A DNA stretch of 64,000 nucleotides. It comes from Parcubacteria bacterium GBS-2 (GTDB lineage: Bacteria > Patescibacteriota > Minisyncoccia > Minisyncoccales > GBS-2). Within the stretch, counting starts at the first letter, position 1, and each line of letters starts with the position of its first letter. Location: positions 27,560-91,559 of the forward strand of contig LEKP01000004.1 of assembly GCA_001443025.1 (NCBI GenBank), written 5' to 3'. Shown piece after piece: positions 25,007 through 32,630 of the stretch. The position numbers and the translations under genes were made by a program. A model generated the notes under the pieces. The model saw only the letters and a list, made by a program, of their open reading frames with translations, had not been told where the DNA came from and made no database searches.

Positions 25007-26722
25007 ATGAAGGAAATTCTTTTAAACAAATCTGGTAAAAAAATTATCTTGTTAGGGAATGAAGCAGTTTGTCGGGGAGCCATTGAAGCTGGTGTTGACT
25101 TTGTTTCAACTTATCCTGGAACCCCTGCCTCAGAAATTGGTAATACCTTTTGGCAAATTAAAGAAGATTTCAAAAAAATAAATCCAAAATTTCATTTTGA
25201 ATTTTCAACTAATGAAAAGGTAGCGATGGAAGCAGCAGCTGGGGCTGCTATTTCTGGCTTTAAATCATTGGTTGCAATGAAGAATTTTGGCTTGAACGTT
25301 GCTTCAGATTTTTTATGCACTCTAATGTACTCTGGTATAGAGGGATCGATGGTAATTTTTGTTGCCGACGATCCTTCTTGCTGGAGCTCTGCTCAGTCTG
25401 AACAAAACACTAGATTTTATTCTTTGATGGCTCACATTCCAACTTTAGAACCTTCCGAACCTCAAGAATTCAAAGATTTTACAAAGTTTGCTTTCAACCT
25501 CTCTGCCCAATTTAAAATTCCAGTAATGATTAGATCTACTACCAGAGCCTCTCATCAATCAGGACCAGTCACCTTAGGGGAAATTCCAAATTCCAAATTC
25601 CAAATTCCAAAATTTGTTAAAGATCCAAAAAAATTCTCAACGATGCCTCCAAGGGTCTTGGAAATGAAAAAAGAGCTTTTTGAAAAAATTGAGAAAATTA
25701 AAAAACAATTTGAAAAATCTAATTTAAACAAGATAATTTACGGAAATTCAAGAGAAAAACTCGGAATTTTAACTTCAGGGGTTTCTTTCTTGTATGTAAT
25801 GGAGGCATTAAAGAAATTGAATTTAAAATTGCCGGTTTTAAAATTGGGATTTATCTATCCTTTACCAGAAAGAAAAATATTGAATTTTTTGAAAAAATTA
25901 AAATCTGTTTTAATTGTCGAAGAACTAGAGCCTTATTTAGAAAGGGAAATTGCAATTTTGGCAAAAAAAGAAAATTTAAAGATCAAAATCTTTGGGAAAG
26001 GAGAAAAAATTGAGGGAGGAAGAATTTGGAAAGAGAGAAAGGCAATTTTACCTCAAATTGGAGAGTTAAAACCTGAATATGTTGAGATCGCGATTTCAAA
26101 AATTTTGAACAAAAAACCATCCTTCAACTATCAATTGCATTTGAAAAAATTCGAAAAATTAAAAATACCAGCAAGACCTCCAATTTTGTGTCCAGGATGT
26201 CCCTATTGGGCAGTTGTTAATGCGATCAAAAAAGTTGTCGATCTTCAGAAAGTGATTTTTGGTGGAGAAATTGGTTGCTATATGCTTTTTTCTCACAAAG
26301 TAATTAACCTTCAAGATTATCTATATTGTATGGGTTCTTCGACTAGTATTGCCCACGGAATTTCAAAAACATCCAAACAAAAAGTCATCACTTTCATTGG
26401 CGATTCATCTTTTTTCCATGCTGGGATTCCTGCATTGATTAATACTGTTTTTAATCAATCAAATCCTTTAATCATTATTCTTGAAAATCAGACGACCGCG
26501 ATGACCGGCCATCAACCCCATCCTGGGGTAGGAGACGGTCGGGTAGTCAAAGTTGAAGAAATTGTTAGGGCTTGTGGAATAAAGAATGTTAAAGTAATAG
26601 ATCAAGTTAAAAATCCAGAAGAATTTGAGAAAGGATTAAAGGAGTTTTTAGAAAAAGACGAAGCTTCAGTAATTATTGCTAGGCACATTTGCGCTCTATT
26701 AGAAAAAAAGAAAAAAACATGA
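25007..26722 (+). CDS. iorA: Indolepyruvate (2-oxoacid):ferredoxin oxidoreductase, alpha subunit-like
   Basis: GNEAVCRGAIEAGVDFVSTYPGTPASEI, the TPP-binding region GDSSFFHAG...ENQTTAMTGHQP, and CPGCPY. Confidence 0.8.
   Translation: MKEILLNKSGKKIILLGNEAVCRGAIEAGVDFVSTYPGTPASEIGNTFWQIKEDFKKINPKFHFEFSTNEKVAMEAAAGAAISGFKSLVAMKNFGLNVASDFLCTLMYSGIEGSMVIFVADDPSCWSSAQSEQNTRFYSLMAHIPTLEPSEPQEFKDFTKFAFNLSAQFKIPVMIRSTTRASHQSGPVTLGEIPNSKFQIPKFVKDPKKFSTMPPRVLEMKKELFEKIEKIKKQFEKSNLNKIIYGNSREKLGILTSGVSFLYVMEALKKLNLKLPVLKLGFIYPLPERKILNFLKKLKSVLIVEELEPYLEREIAILAKKENLKIKIFGKGEKIEGGRIWKERKAILPQIGELKPEYVEIAISKILNKKPSFNYQLHLKKFEKLKIPARPPILCPGCPYWAVVNAIKKVVDLQKVIFGGEIGCYMLFSHKVINLQDYLYCMGSSTSIAHGISKTSKQKVITFIGDSSFFHAGIPALINTVFNQSNPLIIILENQTTAMTGHQPHPGVGDGRVVKVEEIVRACGIKNVKVIDQVKNPEEFEKGLKEFLEKDEASVIIARHICALLEKKKKT
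25582..25609 (+). repeat. Perfect (AATTCCA)x4 inside iorA
   Basis: Four exact tandem copies encoding IPNSKFQIP. The same 28-mer occurs at 48169-48196. Confidence 0.95.
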
Positions 26723-27291
26723 AAAAAGATTTCAACTTAATAATAGTTGGAGTTGGAGGACAAGGACAAATTACTTTATTAAGAATTTTGGAAGAGGCTG
26801 CTTTGGCTGAAAATAAAGATTTTAAAGGATCAGAACTTCATGGATTATCTCAAAGAGGAGGCTCTGTTGAGGTCCATTTTAGAATGGGAAAGAATATTCT
26901 CTCTCCGTTAGTTTCTCAAGGAGATGCTGATTTAATTTTGGCTTTAGAAATGCAAGAATCTCTTAGGTCGCTTTATTATGCTTCTCCGAAAACTCAATTT
27001 CTATTAAATAAATTAATTATCCCAATTCCTGGAGAAAATATTGTTCCAGAAGATCAGATTATAAATTCCATAAAAAACTTTACAAAAAAAATTGAAATTG
27101 TTGAAGCTTCAAAAATCTGCAAAGAGAAATTCCAAAAAGAGGTTTTAGCGGGAGTTTATCTTTTGGGATATGCTCAAAAGAGAAAACTTCTTCCCCTAAG
27201 AAAAGAAAGCTTAGAAGAAGGAATAAAGAAGGTAGTGCCAGAAAAATATTTAGTCGAAAACTTAGAAGCTCTTAAACTCTCTCAATCTTAG
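26719..27291 (+). CDS. iorB: Indolepyruvate:ferredoxin oxidoreductase, beta subunit-like
   Basis: FNLIIVGVGGQGQITL, typical of the gamma/IorB domain. ATGA overlap with iorA (start at 26719 preferred over the track start at 26689). Confidence 0.8.
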   Translation: MKKDFNLIIVGVGGQGQITLLRILEEAALAENKDFKGSELHGLSQRGGSVEVHFRMGKNILSPLVSQGDADLILALEMQESLRSLYYASPKTQFLLNKLIIPIPGENIVPEDQIINSIKNFTKKIEIVEASKICKEKFQKEVLAGVYLLGYAQKRKLLPLRKESLEEGIKKVVPEKYLVENLEALKLSQS

Positions 27292-28528
27292 CTCCCAATT
27301 TCCTCAATTTCTCATCAAAATTTTCATACCCTCTTTCTATTTGTTCTATTCCTTCAACTATTGATTCTCCTTTTGCTGCCAATGCTGCCAAAACTAAAGC
27401 TGCTCCAGACCTAATGTCAGTTGAGTTTATTTTATTTCCAAATAATTCAGTTTTTCCAAAAATTAAGGCCCTATGGGGATCGGTGATTTCAATATCTGCC
27501 CCCATTTTCTTTAACTCATGCAAGTGTTGAAATCTGTTTTCATAAAGTGGTTCGTGAATCAGAGATTTCCCTTGAGCCTGGGTAAGCAAAACAGAAGTCA
27601 TTGGTTGAAAATCAGTTGGAAAACCAGGGTAAGGCAAAGTTTGAATTTTTGTCGCTCTTAAATTTTCTGACTTTTTTATTAAAATTTCCCTTCTCTTTAC
27701 CTTAAAATTTACGCCCACTTCTTTCATTTTTCTCAAAAAAATTGTTAAGTGGTCAGGATTTACATTTTTAATTTTTCCTCTTCCTTTGCTAATGGCAAAG
27801 GCAATAAAAAAAGTAACTGCCTCAATTGGGTCTGGTGAAATTTTAAAAGTACCTCCTCTCAGTTGTTTTCTTCCTTCAATTTCAATGGTATGAGTACCCA
27901 ATCCTTTTGTTCTTGTTCCCATTTTTTCCAAGAACCTTCCTAAATCTTGAACTTGAGGCTCAGCAGCTGCAATTTCAATTTTAGTTTTTCCCTCAGCTAC
28001 TGCTGCCAACATCATTGCATTTTCTGTTGCGGTTACCGAAAATTCTTTCAAAACAATTCTTTTCCCCCTCAATTTCTTTGGAGCCTCAAAACAATAAAAC
28101 CTCCCTCTTTCTTCAACCTTTATTCCAAAATCTTCAAATGCTTCCAAGTGGGTAGTAATTGGTCTTAAGCCTATTTTGTCTCCTCCTGGATGGGGAACTT
28201 TTATTTTTTTAAAGTGATGCAAAAGCGGAGGAATTAGCAAAACAGAAATTCTCATTTTTTCAAACAAATCAAAAGGAATTTTTTCAGGATCGATATTCTT
28301 TGGAATTATTTTAATTTTCTTTCCATCCAGCCAAATTACTTTTGCTCCTATTTTTTCTAAAATTTCAATTTCATTTAAAATGTCAGCACACTTTGGCAAA
28401 TTATCAATAACCGAAGGCTCTTTAGTTAATAAAGCCGCAGCTAGAATTGCTCCGGCAGAATTTTTATAGCCTTGAATTTCAACCTCTCCAGAAAGTGAAC
28501 TACCTCCTTTAATAAAAAACTTTTTCAT
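27272..28528 (-). CDS. murA: UDP-N-acetylglucosamine 1-carboxyvinyltransferase, with Asp at the fosfomycin-target position
   Basis: FFIKGGSSLSGEVEIQGYKNSA and PHPGGDKIGLRPI (E. coli has PGGCxIGARPV). An EPSP-synthase-fold repeat runs throughout. The start is taken at MKKFF (28528). Confidence 0.93.
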   Translation of the reverse strand: MKKFFIKGGSSLSGEVEIQGYKNSAGAILAAALLTKEPSVIDNLPKCADILNEIEILEKIGAKVIWLDGKKIKIIPKNIDPEKIPFDLFEKMRISVLLIPPLLHHFKKIKVPHPGGDKIGLRPITTHLEAFEDFGIKVEERGRFYCFEAPKKLRGKRIVLKEFSVTATENAMMLAAVAEGKTKIEIAAAEPQVQDLGRFLEKMGTRTKGLGTHTIEIEGRKQLRGGTFKISPDPIEAVTFFIAFAISKGRGKIKNVNPDHLTIFLRKMKEVGVNFKVKRREILIKKSENLRATKIQTLPYPGFPTDFQPMTSVLLTQAQGKSLIHEPLYENRFQHLHELKKMGADIEITDPHRALIFGKTELFGNKINSTDIRSGAALVLAALAAKGESIVEGIEQIERGYENFDEKLRKLGAKIERV

Positions 28529-28617
28529 ATTTCTATCATGAAACAAATTTTTACTTTTAGCAAGCTTTTCCAAAGAATTCTTCTAAATAAAAAATTCCGA
28601 GCATTCTATCTCGGGTG

Positions 28618-29259
28618 TTATTTTAATAGTTCTCCAATACTTTTTCTATTGGTAAGAAGTTCTCGGATTTTATCTACTGGCCATTGCTTTCCAGCCCTGG
28701 GAACTGAATAGTACTGACACACTTTTTCAATTCCGGTTTCACCCTCCAACGCAATCAAGTCTTCTGCAAAAAGTGGTTCCACTTCCAAACCAATTTTCCT
28801 GAAAATGGGCAATGCCTTTTCCATGTGATAAATCAAAGTTAAAACTCCAATTCTTTGGGCAAAATCGAAGGTGGATTTCCTTTTGAGCAAGATTTTCACA
28901 AACTCAGCGTTTTCTTCTGTTGTGGCCGAAAGCTCTTCCAAGTACATTGCTTCTAAGGGAACATTATATTCTCTATAAAGAAATTCGGCAATTACTTCTG
29001 CCTCTGATTTTTCTTGCCTTGTTCTTGCAAGTGCCTCGAAGGAAAAATCTGGGTTTTTTAAGATTTCGCGTTCATTGTACCTTACTCCAAAGTTATATCC
29101 ACCAGAGATAATGAATCGCTTAGCAATTCCCTTTTTCCAAGCTATTCCGGCTGCCTCTGCTTTCACTCTTGTGTGCGGTGCCAAAGTGTATTTGCTCCCC
29201 TCTTTTTTTATTTGCGAGCCTAATACAATTACCAAATCATAGGTTTTAAAAGAGCTCAA
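28618..29259 (-). CDS. DUF218/YdcF-like (ElyC/SanA family) protein
   Basis: DLVIVLGSQ..., FIISGGYNFG, and SATTEENAEFVKILL match the DUF218 pattern. Confidence 0.65.
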   Translation of the reverse strand: MSSFKTYDLVIVLGSQIKKEGSKYTLAPHTRVKAEAAGIAWKKGIAKRFIISGGYNFGVRYNEREILKNPDFSFEALARTRQEKSEAEVIAEFLYREYNVPLEAMYLEELSATTEENAEFVKILLKRKSTFDFAQRIGVLTLIYHMEKALPIFRKIGLEVEPLFAEDLIALEGETGIEKVCQYYSVPRAGKQWPVDKIRELLTNRKSIGELLK

Positions 29260-29351
29260 TTAGATCACCTCTCCTAAAATGTCTACCAATTTAGCAATTT
29301 TTTGTCAAGTTTAATTGCTTAGAAAGAGAAAATATTCTAAAATATTAAAAT

Positions 29352-30719
29352 ATGAAAATTAACCCGCTTATTTTCAGAGCTTACGATATCAGGGGAATTT
29401 ATAAAAAAGATATCGACGAAAGTATTTTCAAAAAAATTGGTTTTGTTTTGGGAAAGAAAAATCAAAAATTTTTGGTTGGGCACGATATTAGAAAATCTGG
29501 AAGAAAATTGGCGATGGCATTGATTGAGGGATTGGTTACTACTGGATCAAGAGTTTTCTTTTGTGGAAAGTCTTCTTTTGGGCTCTGCTTTTTTTCAGGT
29601 TTTAAATTAAAAGTTGATAAAACTCTTTTTGTTACTGCCTCCCATTTACCAAAAGAGTGGAACGGCTTGAAAATAAATTATGGCGATGGAGAACCAGTTT
29701 CTTCAAAGGAAATCGAAAAAATAAGGGATAAAGTTTTGAAAATTGAAAAAAAAGAAATTAAATTTAAAAAACCAAAATTTAAAAAAGTTAACCTCAAAAG
29801 AGAATATTTTGAAACTCTTCTTGAAAAGTTCCCGCTCTTGAAAGAAAAAAAATTGAAAATTGTCTTAGATTGCGGAAACGGAGCTACTTCTCTGGTTGCT
29901 CCTCAAATATTTAAAAAATTCGGCTTTGAGGTTATTGAACTTTTTTGTCAACCTGATTCAAATTTCCCGAATAGAAATCCAGAACCTACTTTTGAGGCAA
30001 CCAGATTTTTAAGAGAAAGAGTTTTAAAAGAAAAAGCAGATTTTGGAGTAGCTTTTGATGGAGATGGAGACAGAGGAGTAATAATCGATGATAAAGGAAG
30101 ATATTTGAGTGGAAATCAAATCGGAATTATTTTGGGAAGGGATATTTTAAAGGAAACGAAAAATAAAAAAGTTGTTAGAACCGTTTCTTGCTCAATGGCG
30201 ATCGATGAGGAACTTAAAAGGTATGGATCAAAAATAATTGAGGTGCCGGTAGGCCATACTTTTGTAATTTCTGCGGTCAAAAGAAAAAAAGCAATTTTGG
30301 GGATTGAAGAATCAAGCCACATTGTTCTTCCTCGTTACTTTCTTTTTGATGATGCAATTTTAATCCCTCTTAGGATCGCTGAGATTTTAATAAAAGAAAA
30401 AAAGAAACTTTCAAAAATCGTTGATAAAATTAAAATTTATCCTTTTGAAGAAATCATTTTTGGATGTCCCGACGAGAAGAAATTTGAAGTTGTCAAAAGT
30501 TTAGCCAAAAAATTCAAAAAAGAATACAAAAATGTTAATACTTTAGACGGAGTAAAAGTAATTTTTAATTTTGGTTGGATTTTAATAAGAGCTTCCAATA
30601 CTTCTCCTAAAATTCGTCTCTACATTGAAGCGAAAAACGAAGGAAGGCTTAAATTCTTGAAGGAGAAATTTTCAGATATTTTAGGAGACTGGATAGCAAA
30701 AAATAGCAATCAAACATAA
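29352..30719 (+). CDS. Alpha-D-phosphohexomutase (phosphomannomutase/phosphoglucosamine mutase, archaeal-like)
   Basis: FRAYDIRG, phosphoserine loop VTASHLPKEWNGLK, metal loop GVAFDGDGDRGVI, GIEESSH, and RASNTSPKIR. Confidence 0.88.
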   Translation: MKINPLIFRAYDIRGIYKKDIDESIFKKIGFVLGKKNQKFLVGHDIRKSGRKLAMALIEGLVTTGSRVFFCGKSSFGLCFFSGFKLKVDKTLFVTASHLPKEWNGLKINYGDGEPVSSKEIEKIRDKVLKIEKKEIKFKKPKFKKVNLKREYFETLLEKFPLLKEKKLKIVLDCGNGATSLVAPQIFKKFGFEVIELFCQPDSNFPNRNPEPTFEATRFLRERVLKEKADFGVAFDGDGDRGVIIDDKGRYLSGNQIGIILGRDILKETKNKKVVRTVSCSMAIDEELKRYGSKIIEVPVGHTFVISAVKRKKAILGIEESSHIVLPRYFLFDDAILIPLRIAEILIKEKKKLSKIVDKIKIYPFEEIIFGCPDEKKFEVVKSLAKKFKKEYKNVNTLDGVKVIFNFGWILIRASNTSPKIRLYIEAKNEGRLKFLKEKFSDILGDWIAKNSNQT

Positions 30720-30994
30720 TCTTGCAATAGGCGTTGTTTCATTCTTTCAATATTGGACAAGATCGCACCCAAATTCACATGGGAAAAGGAGGAATTAAGA
30801 AAAAATTGTTCTTTCAATAAGAGAGCGAACAATTGAAGAAAAGAGAAAAGAAGAGGAGGGAGAATTAAAAATGCAAAAAATTATTTGATCCATCTTCAGT
30901 ATTTACTTTAATTTCTTTACTCTTTAGCCAATTTTTTTATCTCGCACAGTTTGTACGTTTTTTTATTTTTAAAAAGCAGATAAAATTAAATATT

Positions 30995-31915
30995 ATGAAA
31001 AAAACAGAAAACTACTTTGTCATTGGTATAGATGGTGGAGGAACAAAAACCGTTGGAGCATTGGCAAACCTAGAAGGAGAAATTTTAAGAGAAATTTACT
31101 CTTCTTCTACCAACCCAAACAAAATTGGCTTTGAATTAGCAATTTCAAGACTGAAAAATTTAATTTCAAAAATCTCAAAAAATAAAAAAATTAAAATTGC
31201 TTATTTAGGATTAGCGGGAGGATTAGAAAGGGACGAAGAAAAAAGAGAAAAGATAAAAAAAGAACTTCAAAAATTTTTTAATTTTCCAATTGTTATTGAT
31301 GGAGATCAAAGAATTGCTTTTAGAGCAGGAACTGATGAGAGAGATGGTGTAGTAGTGATTGCAGGAACTGGATCGATTGCTATGGGATGGAAAGAAAAAA
31401 AAGAAGCAATTTCTGGTGGTTGGGATTGGTTGTTTGGAGATCAAGGATCTGCTTTTTGGGTAGGGAAAGAAGTTCTAGAAGAAATTGGAAAAGCCTTAGA
31501 TGGACGAAGAAAAAGTTTTAGATTGAAGGATTTCGTTTTGAAAAGATTTAAAATTAAACAAGAAAAAGATCTCTACAATAAATTTTATTCCCAAAACTTT
31601 ATAACTCAGGTGGCCTCGATTTCAAAAATCGTCGATGAACTAGCAAGGAGAGGAGACTTTTTTTCGAAAAAAATTCTAATTGATGCAGGAAAACAAGTTT
31701 CGGAAATGGCGATTGCAGTAATCAAAAAATTAAAACTTGAAAACGAAACATTCCCAGTAGTTTTAGTTGGCGGGATGTTTGAATCGCAAATTTTCAAGAA
31801 AAAAGTAGAAAAGGAAATTAAACGAATAGTAAAAAAAGCAAAATTTATCTTATTGAGGAAAAAACCAGTGATTGGAGCAGTAAAGTTAGCGTTTGAGTTT
31901 CTTTACAAAGAATGA
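30995..31915 (+). CDS. BadF/BadG/BcrA/BcrD-type ATPase (N-acetylglucosamine kinase-like)
   Basis: IGIDGGGTKTVGAL, VVIAGTGSIAMG, and GWDWLFGDQGSAFWVG are ASKHA-fold phosphate motifs. Confidence 0.8.
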   Translation: MKKTENYFVIGIDGGGTKTVGALANLEGEILREIYSSSTNPNKIGFELAISRLKNLISKISKNKKIKIAYLGLAGGLERDEEKREKIKKELQKFFNFPIVIDGDQRIAFRAGTDERDGVVVIAGTGSIAMGWKEKKEAISGGWDWLFGDQGSAFWVGKEVLEEIGKALDGRRKSFRLKDFVLKRFKIKQEKDLYNKFYSQNFITQVASISKIVDELARRGDFFSKKILIDAGKQVSEMAIAVIKKLKLENETFPVVLVGGMFESQIFKKKVEKEIKRIVKKAKFILLRKKPVIGAVKLAFEFLYKE

Positions 31916-31946
31916 AAAATTTGCTAAATTTCAGGCGGTGATAAAA

Positions 31947-32195
31947 ATGGAGGGGGAAGAGAAAGTTCTTAAGGCAGTTCTTATTCATTTTTTCGGAAAG
32001 TATCCTTACTTACTCCAATACATTTCTCTTCCAGAAATATCTAAGCGAACTACTGTTGATCTTGAAATCGTCGAAAAAATTTTGAACACGATCTGGAAAG
32101 AAGCGCAGGAAGAAGAAAAAAAAGAATTGAAAAGGAGAGGAAAAAGATTGTTTGAAGAAGAGGAAGAATGCTACCTTTGCTTTCTCTATGAATAA
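31947..32195 (+). CDS. Hypothetical small acidic protein
   Basis: ORF with its likely start at MEGEEK. The track start at 31893 overlaps the previous gene. No motif recognised. Confidence 0.35.
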   Translation: MEGEEKVLKAVLIHFFGKYPYLLQYISLPEISKRTTVDLEIVEKILNTIWKEAQEEEKKELKRRGKRLFEEEEECYLCFLYE

Positions 32196-32207
32196 ATTTT
32201 TTTTACT

Positions 32208-32240
32208 AAAAGGGCTCTTTGCCCCTTTTTTATTTTTTTA
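32208..32240 (+). terminator. Rho-independent terminator
   Basis: AAAAGGGC-tctt-GCCCCTTTTTTATTTTTTT. Confidence 0.7.
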
Positions 32241-32420
32241 TTAATAACCGATTATATACTCGCAAGGGGGAATTTAAATCCTTCTTATCAAATAAACCTA
32301 TCAGCAAATTTCCTTATCCGTTTTAAACAAGGGATATTTTGAGATAAAATCCAATTATGTAGGCGAGTTAGGTATTCATTTAAAAGTCCCATCTGATAAT
32401 TTATTTTTTTGGCATAAATG

Positions 32421-32505
32421 TGCCCGGGGAGGGACTTGCACCCTCAAGGGGTTAAACCCCATGCGATTTTGAGTCGCACGCGTCTTCTAATTCCGCCACC
32501 CGGGC
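32421..32505 (-). tRNA. tRNA-Leu (anticodon CAA), type II with a long variable arm; CCA not encoded
   Basis: The minus strand reads GCCCGGGTGGCGGAATTAGAAGACGCGTGCGACTCAAAATCGCATGGGGTTTAACCCCTTGAGGGTGCAAGTCCCTCCCCGGGCA. Acceptor GCCCGGG/CCCGGGC, anticodon loop CT-CAA-AA, variable arm GGGGTTTAACCCC, T-arm GAGGG-TGCAAGT-CCCTC. Confidence 0.93.
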
Positions 32506-32630
32506 TTTTTCACTACTAGTGTATTATAAAATTTTAAAAAGTCAATGGATTAAAGTTTAGAGTTTTATTGGATTAAAACTAGTTGCAAAATAGAGCGACC
32601 GTTGGAAATTGTACCAGGTGCGTCCTCCTT

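Noticed and set aside
30720-30994. Possible regulatory RNA in the 275-bp gap upstream of the BadF/NagK-like gene. It has an inverted repeat ATCTTGCAATA...TATTGgaCAAGAT and a hairpin TTGTTC...GAACAA.
   Set aside because: The stems are short and AT-rich, there is no conserved-looking core, and the sequence resembles ordinary promoter or terminator spacer DNA. There is not enough evidence to call a feature.
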